A stretch of 64,000 nt of DNA from Parasitella parasitica NRRL 2501. Lineage: Eukaryota; Fungi; Mucoromycota. The stretch is from NCBI GenBank assembly GCA_025201805.1, contig MU619258.1, positions 209,590 to 273,589 on the forward strand, written 5' to 3'. Below the pieces are notes generated by a model. The model searched no databases. It worked only from the letters and a program-made list of their open reading frames with translations, and had not been told where the DNA came from. Shown piece by piece: positions 1 to 13,176 of the stretch. The number at the start of each line of letters is the position of its first letter. Position 1 is the stretch's first letter. Position numbers and translations under genes: made by a program.

Positions 1-446
1 GTGTTGAATTCGCTTCATTTTTATAGCTTTTTTTTTTGCATTAATAATTCAGATTTTTAGTATTTTCCAAGTCTTTCTCGATGTTTCTTTTAGTAAAGCT
101 CTTTTATAAACTGCTTAAAAGATATTAAAAATAACCTTAGACAATAAAAAATATTCAGTAGAAAATCTACTATAGTGAATATATACAAGAATAATCAATT
201 AACAGTATAAAGACACCAGTATTCAATGCATTAGGTACACTTTCATGTCAAATAACATAAGAGTTTATCCAATGATATCACTTTATTTTGTCAAAATCTG
301 AATTTCAATTATTTTAAATGGGAGACCTCCAAGCTGGTTTCCCAGGCGAGTTTCCCAGCATACTTTTTTTAGATAACTCTTATTTATACAAGTTTCTCCT
401 GTTCAGCCCTTTTTTTTACTTTGCTTTTATTTTTAATCTTTTAAAA

Positions 447-2370
447 ATGGATCTATCAACATTTCAATTGGTCCACACAATTGACGATATGGATATGTTG
501 AGAAATCTGTCTGGTCAGGAACACTATAAACAGCATCCAGCAACACATTCTCAATCACAGCAGCAAGTGTACCAGCAATTGCAGGGCGATATTGACTTAC
601 TATTTGAATCGGATCATCATCAAGCCAATGACCAGTATATGAACCAGATTGAGGTATTTACCAACAATGATAATTCTAAAAACAATAACAATAATAACAA
701 GAGTACGTATGATGAAATTAAAATGCTTATGTGTGTATATTAAAAAGGCCTTCATGTTTATTCCTCTTGTTTCGCCAGTAATGACTCCATCGTTCAATAG
801 TCATCAACAAAACTTTAACAATTCAAATCACATGGACTTTTCTCCATTGTCTTCACCTGCCATTATGCCACAAGTAGATCAGAATGGCTACCAGCAAGAC
901 CCAATCTATCAACAGCAGCAGCAGCAGCAATATGCTACGAATGGACAGAGCAATTCTGGACATTTGTCTGCTAATCAAATATACCGACAATATGAACAGC
1001 TAGAGCAAGCGAAATTGCTACTTAAACAAAAACTATCCGAATTACAAAAGACGCAAAGCCAACAACAATACGATACAGGACCCTCATCGTTGATGTCGTC
1101 GTCCACAGTGTATAGTAAGCACGGTAATGTTAAATATTTTGGTCTGATTATAATATTGGTGCTAACTCAAATACAAGCCTCGATTCATTCAAAGACTACG
1201 CTGGAAAATGGACAATTGTCTACGCCAGATTCTCCTTCACAATCTCCTCACATGGAACCTGCAACTCCTGCTTCTTTGATGAATATGAAATTATCAAATG
1301 CTCAACAATCGAAATTACAATTTTCTTCCCACAGTAGCGATGCTCAACAGCTGTATACAAGCAGCACCATCGCTACGCCTGTCAGTTTTGCTTCTTCCTC
1401 TTCCTCTTCGAGCGGCAACCCCATATTCCAGTCACCCGTATTGACTAAAACTCCCAGTTCTGATAGCACTGTCTCACCCATGATGCCATCTCCATCTTCT
1501 AAAACTCCCTCAAAATCAAAATCAAAAGCTCCACCTCCACCCTCACCTTTGGCATCAAAGTCTCGTCGTAGATCTTCTTCGAATCCCAACCGTATTACAA
1601 CAAGAGAGAAGTTTACACGCACCTCGACCAAAAAACAGAGACGAGAATCTTCGTCTGCAGATCAAATAAAGTTGATCCATGCGTCTCCTAGAACTTTGAA
1701 GCCGCTATTGATCAGTCCCACCTTGAATCCTGGCTTGAATCCGCTTCCCGCTGCTCTTGTTCCCATCTCTTCCCCCAACAATCGCTTAAGCTCTGTCGAA
1801 GATGCTGAGCGTAGCCTTACTACTCGATCCAATTATCAGAATTTGATGGAAGGCAAAGGTGCTGCTCTTGGTTTAGCGTTCTCAACGCAAATCAAAAGTG
1901 GGCTAGAAGTAAGACGCACTGCTCACAAAGCAGCCGAACAAAAGCGACGTGATTCCTTGAAAGAGTGGTTTGACAGATTACGCTGTGAAGTAGAAGATGG
2001 ATATGTAAAACGTCAAAAAACTCTCATATCTCGTGTGATGAAAGAACAGCAATTAGAGAAATGCGCCAACAAAAAACAACAAAGTCGTGATGAAGACGAA
2101 GATATGGCCGAACCAGCACAGGAAGAATCTAATGATCTTAAGCCGCTTTCAAAGGTGCTATTGCTCCAATATGCGTACGAGTATATCGCCTCTTTGAAGA
2201 GCTCGTTGCGAGATAGGGATGCAACTATTGAATTGCTGAAACAAGGTCGTAACATTGATCATGCTATTGATTTCAGTGCGAAGATTCTCGAAGATGAAGC
2301 CTCTACTGCATCCTCGTCATTATCAAGTAGCATTGCAAATAATGACCAAACTATGGGAGAAGAACTGTAA
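447..2370 (+). CDS. bHLH transcription factor, Pho4/NUC-1/PalcA-like (multi-exon)
   Basis: ATG at 447 and intron near 703-748. Basic region RRTAHKAAEQKRRDSLK and helix 2 LSKVLLLQYAYEYIASLK. The upstream RSNYQNLMEG block resembles the pre-bHLH motif of NUC-1/PalcA. Many SP/TP sites. Confidence 0.8.
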
Positions 2371-2670
2371 ACAGATAAACCCATGTTGTATGTCTTATGA
2401 ATCTAAATCCGAATACTCTATGTTTATGAAACCCACTCTATATGAAAAAAAAAAAAATATGCTTTCCACTACAATATATACATATAACGCCTCCCATTCT
2501 TTAGGATAATAATACCTCAATTTATATATACATATGATTATCAATAAACATATAAACCATTCATATCAAAGCAGATTCGTCAACTATATTACACCGCCGC
2601 ATATTATGCTTTTGATGCTTTGAAAATTCATCAATAATTATATAGTTTATTGTAGCAATTATAATAAGAC

Positions 2671-3033
2671 TTAGTAACTGCAGCCCTTGCATTCCTCACA
2701 ATCGTCATGAATGGAGTCAAGGTCATCTCTACATTGTTTGTAAAGATCTGTCACCTTTCCATCCAGCTTTTTAAAGTATTCACAGTCTTCGGTATTTTCT
2801 ACTGCTTTACAGTGCACAGCAAATTGGGCATCCAAACTAGCCAATTGTTCCGCAGGACATGCTTTAGAGTAAGTAAAAAAGGCCTTCTTGATAGGTTCAC
2901 ATCCGCAAACACACATATCATTCAAAACGGGTGTAGCTACGCCATTACACGTACAAGTTGTTACGGCTGAAACCTGAGCAAATAGAACGCTAGCAAGAGC
3001 ACCTAAAGCAAATAGTTGTGTTGTAGCTTTCAT
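2671..3033 (-). CDS. Small secreted cysteine-rich protein (120 aa, 12 Cys)
   Basis: Intronless ORF with an N-terminal hydrophobic signal peptide ending VSA and 12 Cys in the mature part. A TATAAATA box lies upstream on the minus strand (~3093-3101). Confidence 0.75.
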   Translation of the reverse strand: MKATTQLFALGALASVLFAQVSAVTTCTCNGVATPVLNDMCVCGCEPIKKAFFTYSKACPAEQLASLDAQFAVHCKAVENTEDCEYFKKLDGKVTDLYKQCRDDLDSIHDDCEECKGCSY

Positions 3034-3825
3034 TGTTTTTTAGTTGAATAAAGGATTGATTTAAGGTTTTTTCTCGTCAAAATTTTTACCTCTATTTATA
3101 TAGAATTCATCTCATGGAAATTTGATGGATCTATCAAACTTATAATAAGGGACCATTCGACATCTAGGAGCATTACGAATAGGAGAAGAGATATGTAGAG
3201 GAAGAGAATGCACAACAATATTGTACTCTACATTGGTCTTCTTCATTGTTTTTTTGCTTCAACGCGTCAAACGTACAATAATATATGCAGAGCAAGCAGT
3301 TGTGCAGTATACAAGCTACTTGGGATGACACCCAAAGATGCATTTTGAAATTTATAAGATTGCTTTATTTAAAGCGGAAATGTACAAACTGGGCTATTCA
3401 CTGTAATTATTTAGCAAAAATCGATAACTAAAAGCTCGACAGAGACTAAACAATAAGCAAAGGAGATCATGAAAGAGGCCCTAGTATGTAATGTCAGAGT
3501 TGCAGTAATATCGAGTAAATAAGGGGAATTATGGCATGCAATAATTAAAATTGTTCGCAATTTTGAAAGATGCTAGCGATGCACATCCCTTTGAATAGTT
3601 ATAGCAGGATATGATACGCAGGAGTGCTGGTTGTTTTGCGTATATATATCCCGCTAGTCATAATTCTGTTTATTTACCGACATTGAATTGAAAATACCTC
3701 CTCGAAATATGAATTGATACATGATTCATATTTATTTTCGATTATTGTACAGATAAGTAGCTTAGAATTTATTAAAACACTGATAAGAGTAAACGAATAA
3801 TAATTTATGTAAGCAGTGTATACTC

Positions 3826-4840
3826 TTACTGTGGCAATCTATCGGTAAAGTCATTTTCTTTACGCCATACTTCGGAATGTATCACGCATCTCTTCCTCAC
3901 AAAATGGGACGCAATAAGAGTGCCATTGGTCATGACCACCATGATGCAAATTAAAATAATATTACCATACAAGATGATATGATCAATATCCAAAGAACTC
4001 TCAACCATGATGACCTTGGCCAAGAATTCGCCCAAAAGCACTGTAGCCCAGATAGCATCCAGAATATAGCAGTATCTACGGTAAACTGATATGTGTTGCC
4101 ATAACCATTCCATCTTTTCCATAGAGTGATAGTTGCCTTCTTTGTCTACCCATTCTATTGGTGGCTGCTCAGACATCATTTGTTGAGAGAAAAGAAAGAC
4201 CAAGGGGCGAACAATGAACCACTTTGTTTTGATCGGAAAAAGAGTGACGAAAAACATTAGACTAATAACAGCTGTTACAGTAGAGTCTCGTAATAAGGTC
4301 AATCTAACATTGCCTATATAGCATAAATGGCATTAATATAATTGACAATCCAATTTTTTTTAACATTGATGTGTCGTTACCACTGATAATTGACAGAACT
4401 GCAGAAAGAACAAATGAAAAGACAAAGATACAGCCCAAGACATCAATGTGTCTTTTCTTCCAAAATACATAAAAGACACGCAATAACGGTGGAATACCTG
4501 ATAGGATTAGGGCAATGAGAACACTAAGCCATATTTTCAAAATGTAATACACAGCTAATGGCAACCCCACATCGAAGAAGAGCATAACAAGAAGAGGTCT
4601 GGCATAAGTGAGAAAAATTCGAAACCTTTCCTTCAATGTTGGCTTGGCTTTATCCGTATTATTACTGTTTCTGTTGAAATCCTCAATGTGTCTTTCTTCG
4701 TCAAAAGTTGATGGATAGCTATCCGCTTTGAGTTTTGCAGTGACAGGAGGCATAATTGGGTCCGATGAACATCGACGTTCACTTTGACGACTATCATTTG
4801 ATTCTAGATAAACGCTGGTATAGTCTTGAGAAGTTTGCAT
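3826..4840 (-). CDS. Multi-pass membrane protein, VC0807-like family; one intron 4314-4380
   Basis: Two ORFs join in frame via a GT-AG intron (..IISG/NVRLTLLRDS..). Motifs DVGLPLAVYY, GIPP, RHIDVLG, RLTLLRDS and RPLVF match my recollection of the bacterial VC0807 family. Confidence 0.7.
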
Positions 4841-7682
4841 TGCGCTGTTGTTGTTGTTGTTAGTTAATTTGATTTGAAATAAAAGTTTAAAAGTTTAAAA
4901 TGACAGATCAGTGGATTTTATATGATATTTACATTGTACGGTATACCTCATTTCGGTCAATATTGTCCTAATTTGGACATTTCTGACCGAATACTCTGCA
5001 TTAACTGATCCCTATTTCTGATACTAGCTGGGTATTTCCAAATGGAGGGATTTCGTGGCTGGGTTCCCTTGGCAGATCATACTAGACCAATAAATTTAAG
5101 TTTAAGGTTATCAATATCCTATTTTTTTTTTCAATCATTTCCTATATTTTTAATTAACAATATGTATCCATACTACGTACATACCGCATCATGTACTTGT
5201 ACTGTGAATAATAATATTGAGCATATAGGCCATTTGGTTTAGGTATCAACAAAATATTTCGTCTAGAGTATTGCATAACAGGTGGCCAATGAGCATCCGA
5301 AGAAAGGAATACGCTCTAACTTTGGCTGAGCAATTCTGCTCATCCCAAGTTAGGTAAGATATGGTACAGATTAGATCAAACTGCTTTTGTAAACATGAAA
5401 CTGTACACCACCTATTTTCAATTGTGGAGCAAAGTATGATCATAATAGGTAACTTGGGTATGTTTCAATATAAATCGATAGTTTGAGACATAGTAAAATA
5501 CGGCCTCAAAAGTTGATTCTATTTAATTTCCTGTTTTGGCTACAATAAAGGCTACTTAATCATGACCATCACCTTTTGCCCTGCTTAAAGGCATAATCTT
5601 CAATTTCTCATATATCTTTGCAAACTACTTAGCGATAGAGATATAATCTTGAGCCAAAATCTTGTTCTTTCACACCAATCTACAACATATCCAAACATCA
5701 AGCGCCTTTGACCATTTTTCAGATTTTGCTATGTTTGGACCCCAAACCTCGATTGGATTTTCAGTTTTCAACTTTGGGTCGACCTTCAGGGTCATTTTTA
5801 GGTACGGATTTGGGGTCCAAGGCAGGCATACACCCAAGTAGTAGTATGATAACTGTATTTCACTACGCCTTCTGATTCTCGATATCTATTTTTTCTGCCG
5901 AGAAATTCGCAACACCAAATTTTGAAGATTTTTCAAATTTTACAGCATATATTCCTATAACAAGTACCAAATTTTGCAATTTAATCATGTTTAAGTTCCT
6001 AAGTAAAGTAATAAAGCACGTTTTGATACACCTACTGGTATTATACATATCGCATTGCAGCTCGAATTCGACAAGCTTGGGCCAATTTTGTCTTTTTACG
6101 GTAAACTTTGTTGGCTAATTACTCGACAAGTCATTAAGACACTTTGACCTGAGTAATTACTAAAATCTTTTTGAAATTTAATTTTCTGTTAGATGTATAA
6201 GTTTTAAATAGATATGAATATTAAAATATTTTTTTAAATGTTTTTAGCAGAGGCTTGATTTATTTTTATAACTCTCAAAGCAATGAATGATATTAAAAAA
6301 TATATAATATAGCAACACAAACCTAGAGCTATAAAAAAGCAACTGAATGGTTTTTATTTGGTCAGTAAATACCAATTTCCGAGCAAAATAATTACAAAAA
6401 ACAGAATTGGTTCTTACCCTTTTGAAAAGCTCCATTTTGGCTGCATAAACCTAGGGACGAAAAATGGTAGATTCAGGTGGGTCTCGACAAGATTTTGATT
6501 TTTGGCAGAAATAGTTGAGCTAAAGTTGAGCAAAAAATATTTACGTGTAGGTATTAATGTGATGAATCGATTGGTTTGGTTTATAGGGTAAGATATGCTC
6601 AAAATATGTTTGCTTTCACTCAAAAACTATCAAAAAGAGAGTTTTTTGAATATTTGAAAATTGGTGATAAGAAAAGGTGTTTTCATAGCCTTGTAAATTA
6701 TATGGTTAGATGCAGAATTTATTTTCTGTTATAAAATAACTAGAATGCATATCCAATATACCTATTACTTTCTTGAGATATCTAGCAATGAACTATGCAA
6801 AAAAATTGGCAAATCTGGTTTGGGTCAAATGGAAAAGCACCGCTGAGATTGAATTTACAGCCTGTTTTTCGCTGTAAACGAGTGCACCACCAATCTTGAA
6901 TTGAGGAGCAAAGCATGGTCCTAATAGGTAGGGTTTGATTACTTGAGCTTGTTACAATAAAAACATGCTGCTGCCATTTTTATTTTCATAACTAATTGTC
7001 GTATTTAATATTTTGGAAGATTTCAGTATAACATTTCCAACTTTAAGCCTTCAGATAAGTCCAGCAGTTTACAGCTACACGTTATCGTGTACGTGGAATT
7101 TTTGTAACAAGGCAAGTTATTTTCCATAGCTTGGCACATGATGTTTTTGAAAGGAGTTTTATGCAAGGATAATATTTGCTGTTAAACTTTACTTTTAGTC
7201 TTTGTCCTTACTACTGGTTGTGTTCTTGTGGATCAAAAAATAGATGAGATCAACTTGCTGTCTTATTTTGATAAAAAGGTCTGAGGAGCCAGGGTATTCT
7301 CATCTAATTTAGTGCTGTGTCAATAGACAAATATAGAGCATACAGAATGAATCATCGTGTCTCATGTCAGACTCTAAAGCTAATTAATCACTGCATGTTC
7401 ACAATGATGACATCTGCAAAAGGGTAAAGTGCATTACAATTCACACAAACCAATTGACTTGATGAGACACAGGAAATGTTTGATTGTTCTGAAGCCATGT
7501 CATACCAGAAGGTTGAACTGAAACAGGCCTAAAATGTGTGCGTGTGTGTTCTGACTTTTGAGTTATAAAATGTAGATGAACATTTGCCTTTTTCTACATC
7601 TTTGCCTTTTTTCTTTCTTTCTTTCTTTCTATTTCTTTTCATTTCTTTTTTCATTTCTTTTTATAGCTTGTCAATTAATTGA

Positions 7683-10600
7683 ATGTCGGATCCAACAACA
7701 GTTCCATCCGCTGCAGCCAAAGTCTCGCCACAGCAGCAGAAAGAGGCAATCATTGATGAATCTAAACAATTGCATCAGGAAGTAAACACAGCATTGAAAT
7801 CAGAGCAAGGCGGTGCTCCTGTACACGTCTTTAATCCAGACAAGCCTGCTCAGCAGAAAAAGGAAGAACTAATGGAAAATGCGCCAAAACTGCCTATTGT
7901 CACGGATAAAAAGGCATTGACTACCGACATTGGATCTGCGGATACGACAAAAGTAGCCGAGACAGTGTCAAATAGCAACAACAAACAAACATCCAAAACA
8001 CCAGGCGCCTATGTAGAACAGCCAGTCCCCTTGAAAGGTGGCCTTCCCGACTGGTATAATGTGGGCTGGACAGGGTTTTCTAACCTACCTAATCCTGGCG
8101 ATGAAAAGGCCATGGCAGAGTTTGCCAAGTTCCATACACCCGAGCAAATCAAGCAGATTTTTGAGGATCGCTCGAGATCTTCTAATGGCGAGTATGGCTC
8201 TGATTTAGTAGCTCAATTCGTTAGTGAAAAATACTTTGGTGAATGGTATCACAATTGCGGCGTTGTCTTTGTCGCCATCTTCTGCACTTGGCTGTTGCTA
8301 AAAATTCACTTAGGTTTAATGTCCTGTCTAATCGCAGGCGCTTTTTTTGGTAACATGTCATTGCTCTGTGTGTAACATGTGAAAAACGTGGAATTAATTA
8401 CATCATTTAGCTACCTACTATCGCACATCTATCAAGCGCACTCGTCGCAATGCCCGCGACGATATGCAGCGCCAGGTCAGTTTGAACCGCTTAGAAACGG
8501 ACGAGGAAACAGTCGGCTGGATAAATCATTTCCTGGACCGCTTTTGGCTTATCTTTGAGCCTGCATTGTCTGCTCAGGTCATTGGCCAAGTAGACGCCAT
8601 TTTGGCTGAAAACACACCTTCATTCTTAGACTCTATTCGCATGAGCTCTTTTACTTTGGGCACCAAAGCTCCTAGCGTAGACGGTATCAAAGTGTATCCC
8701 GGAACTGCTCCTGATGTTGTGGTAAGACTTGGGCTCATGCGTCATTTTTCATTATGCCATTAACGGCTCTCAATAGTGTATGGACTGGAAGCTCTCTTTT
8801 ATCCCAAACGACATCCTCGACCTTACTGCCCGGGAAGCAGAGCAAAAAGTAAACCCCAAGATTGTTTTGACTATCCGCGTTGGAAAAGGCATGCTTGGCG
8901 CAGGGATGCCCGTTTTGCTTGAAGACATTGCATTCAGTGGCCATTTGCGAATCAAGCTCAAGCTGTTCAATGAGATGCCTCACGTGAAATCCGTCGAAGT
9001 TTCATTCCTGGAAAAACCGCATTTTGACTATGTTCTCAAGCCTGTGGGTGGCGACACCTTTGGCTTCGATATCAACAACATCCCTGGCCTGGAAACATTC
9101 ATCAAGGACCAAGTCCATTCCAACCTGGGCCCCATGATGTATGCACCCAATGTATTTACACTGGACGTTGCTGCCATGATGCAAGGCGGCAATGATTTGG
9201 AAGCTGCTAACGGTGTTCTTGCTGTTACTATCTACTCTGCCAGCAACCTCAAGCCCAACGATCTCTTTGGCAGTCTTGACCCCTACTGCGCTTTCCACGT
9301 TGGCAATGTCCACAATGCCGAACTTGCTCGCACTACAGCAATCGAAAACACCTCTCATCCCAAATGGAATGAAACCCACTTTGTTCTGTTAAACAATCTC
9401 AACGACATTCTCTGCTTTCAAATCCTGGACCGTAACACTGGAAGGAACGATGCTGAAATTGGCGTTGCCAATCTCGATTTGAAGGAAATTCAAGAGAGCG
9501 AAGGTGCTATTGAAGGTTTGAATTTGGTTGTGCTTCGCAGTGGTAAGCCTGTGGGTGAAGTGAAGGCGGATGTGCGCTATTTCCCTGTTTCTAAGCCCGA
9601 TAAGCTGGAAGATGGAACGGTTGTTCCCCCCGCCGAATCAAACAGTGGCGTTGTTCGTTTCTATGTGCAAGATTGCAAGGAGATTGGCCAAGCTGTTACT
9701 CAGAAGAAGGGTGGTATACCTTTGGTAGGTGGGTTACCAGGTGTCGGTGGTATTCCAATCATCGGCTCTCATAGCGGCGGTGTTAATGCATATGCTATTG
9801 TCAAGGTCAATGGCCAAGAGAAGCTACGCACTAATACTTTCAAGCGTAGTGTCAATCCTCGCTGGAACAAATTCATCGAGGTCTTTGTTGCCGACAAGTC
9901 CAATATGAACTTGGAGGTTGTTATCATGAACAGCACCGACTTTGGTGAGGACAGTGTCTTGGGTCGATGGACATCTAGCTTGCTTGACATGGAAAACCAG
10001 CTGATAAAGGAAAAGAATGACTGGTGGAACCTCAAGGATGGCACAGGAAAGATTCATTTGAACATGACATGGAAGCCCGTTCCTCTCACTGGTTTCTCTG
10101 CAGGATTGAGCCGTGGAAGCTACCGTGAACCTATTGGCGTTGTACGCGTTAAATTGAATAAGGCCACCAATATCAAAAACGTTGAGATACTGACTGGTGG
10201 CAAATCTGACCCTTACGTTCGAGTCATGTCTGGCTTGCAATCTCGCGGGCAGACCGAAGCCATCTTGGACAATCTGAATCCTGTTTGGGACACTGCTGTC
10301 TATGTCCCGGTACACGCAATGCGCGAAGATCTTACTTTGGAGGTAATGGATTACAATGATGTCTCTAGTGACAAATTCTTGGGCATGTGCGAGCTTTTAA
10401 TCAAGGATATTGCCGTTGAAAAAAAGACTGAAGACGGACAAGATTATTACGAGCCACTTGCTCCTGTCAAGAGAAACGTTGAACTCATGAACAAGGAAAG
10501 AAAATCTGGTAGAGGTCAACTGGATTACGAGGCCTCATTCTTCGCTACCCTTGCCTTGGCAAAGCAATACACAAAAGAAGAATTAGAAGCCAAGGAGAAG

Positions 10601-12543
10601 GAATCCAAGAGAGCTTCTTTGTCTAATGCCGACTCAAAGACTCCTGATAATCACGAAGCACAAGAAGAACCTGCTAATCCAAGCGGTCCACCTGAAAAAG
10701 ACCTTCATGGCCAAGTCGTCCCATACACAGAAACCGGAAAAATCAACCTACTCGCGTACTCTGCAGGAGTCTTGTCTGTCAAGATCCACGAGGTTGTCTT
10801 GCCCACGAAAAGTAACGCCGTTGTCGAACTCTTGCTGGACTCGAATGATGCACAATTCCGTACAGCGCCTGTCAAGGGTACAACGCTCAGCTTCAACGAG
10901 TCTGGAGATGCGTTTGTAAAGGAAATAGACTTTTCTCGCCTTGTGGTGAGAGTCCGCAATGCTAAAGATGATGTGAAAAGCGATGATCGTATTGGTTTCT
11001 GGACCAGTCGTGTACAAGATATTGTCCAATCTATTCAAAACCGTCCTGAACATGCTGCTGGTGGAGCTGAGGAGGGGGAGGATAAGAGAGAAAAGCCTGC
11101 TGAGGACGTTCAAGAGTGCAGGCTTTTGGACTCAAATGGTGGCCTTGTTCGCTTAAGCTTCAAGTTTATCCCTGTTATTCGATTTCAATTGGACCCTAGT
11201 GAAAGTTTAGAAAGTAAGTGCGATGGTTATTGATGTGATTGTGCTGTTCTCTAATAATACATTTGCGCTTGCGTAGATCAAGGCAACTTGACTGTTACTC
11301 TAGTGTCTGCGTCAGGGCTGAAGGCTGCTGACAGAAGCGGCACCAGTGACCCTTATTGCGTGTTCACCATCAACAATGAAAAGGTTTACAAATCACAGAC
11401 CTACAAAAAGCAACTGGCCCCCGTATTCAAGAATGAGAGCTTTACAGCTCCAGTCATTGGTCGCAACAAGGCTGTCTTTGATGTCAAGATATTCGACTGG
11501 GACCAGATTGGCTCTGACACTTTGTTAGCAGAGGGCTCCATTCCTATTGCCGATTTGGAATCATTTGCTGCCAAAGAAATTGACGCTCCTCTTAGCGGCG
11601 GAAATATTAAACTTCGCATGAAATGGGAACCCCAATTGCTAGCTCGTAAACGCGAAGGCACTTCGTTGCTTGGTTCAACTACTCGCATCATTACTGGCGG
11701 TACTGGTTTGGCTGGTGATGTTGTTGGCTATGGCGTTGGTGCAGGTGGAAAGGTAATCACTGGCGGCACCCGCATGGTTGGTGGTGCCATTGGAGGAGGC
11801 ACCAAGGTCGTTGGTGGCGCTATTGGAGGTGGCATTGGAGCTATTGGCCGAGGTTTTGGTATGATTGGCGGCCACGGCAGGAAACCTTCGGCTGAGGTCC
11901 CCACTGTTACAAATGTTCCGGAGGGTGCTATTGAAATCGATGGTGTTGCAACATCCGATAATAACGGACCTGTAGCGAATAACAAAAAAAGTACCTCGAT
12001 GTTATCATCCAACGGATCTATCAGTAGCCCTCGCTCTGTGTTTGAAGATAGAGAAAGTAGGTTACTGTTTAAGGAGGAGATTGTTTGGGACTAATGCAGG
12101 TACAGAAAATGTCACTATCAAAGTGAATGTGCTGGAGGCTAGAAACCTGAAGGGCTGTGGACGTGACAAAACAAGTGATCCTTATTGCCGTGTTAAACTG
12201 GGCAAGAATTCGCTTCACAAAACCAAGCATTTAAAGAAAAATCTGAACCCCCAATGGTAAGATGTCCCGCAAATAAATTGCCCCCCCCCCAAATTACGGT
12301 TTCTTATAATCCACCAACATTTTTTTTTTTAGGAATGAAACATTCACAACAAAGGTATTTGGAACATCTGTTCTTGAATTCATGGTTAGGGACCATAATA
12401 CGCTTAGCGACACTGATATTGGAGAAATTTCATTCAACGTCAGTGAACATGTTGACGAAGGTAGACCCTTTGATGGCTGGCTCGCACTTTCTCCTAATGG
12501 CAATGGTGAGATCCACATTCAGGTTGAAGTTGTAAATAATTAG
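7683..12543 (+). CDS. TCB: Tricalbin / extended synaptotagmin (TM hairpin, SMP domain, multiple C2 domains)
   Basis: TM segment followed by ETVGWINHFLDRFW (SMP start), then FTLGTKAP and NPKIVLTIRVGKG. Several C2 motifs (GSLDPY, GKSDPYV, GTSDPY, KTSDPY). The last exon ends EVVNN* at 12541-12543. Confidence 0.93.
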
Positions 12544-13176
12544 TCGTACGCAATTAATAAAAACTGCACGCTTTTTTGCTTTGCTATAATCTCCATGACA
12601 TTTGCTTTTAAAATATGCGTGATTTGGGAAATCAGAAAAAAAGATGGTTAGCTCCAATGACGATTCGTAGCAGTAGTAGCTAAATGATGCAAGGATTCCT
12701 CCAATTACAAGTTGTCTCTTTAAAAAACGGAGTCCATCTCATGTCTCACAAAAGCGATTAAGCGTTTATATTGCGAGCTTCGTTGTTCACAATGAAAAAG
12801 GTAGGATTGTTCTGTAATCAAGCAGTCGAGGAAACAGTACTGTTGATAAATATAACATTGAGCAACTCTGGAGCAGCAGCTTGATAAGGTGGATGTTCGC
12901 ATTGACAATGTAGTTTACTGCTGCTGTTTCGTGACTAGTTTCAAGCCTGATTACAACCATTTCTTCCTTTATTAAATAACCCTTTTCTTTCTTCTATCAA
13001 CTTTCCTTTTTTTTTTTAATATATATAAATTATATATTTCTTTTCTTTTTTTTTATATTGTTTTGCTACACCTACTTTTCTTAAAGCATCACTAAATAGC
13101 AGCGAATATCATTTATTCTTGCTGAATTACCATCGTGTACACAGGTCAAAAGAAGAAAAAAAAAAACAAAAAAAAC

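Noticed and set aside
318-446. Upstream ATG extension of the bHLH gene
   Set aside because: The pyrimidine-rich, promoter/5'UTR-like sequence and the AAAATGG context at 447 favour the later start.
9002-12012. Antisense and alternate-frame ORFs inside tricalbin (similar ones in leuA, CYP, DHODH)
   Set aside because: Shadow ORFs of codon-biased genes with no independent motifs.
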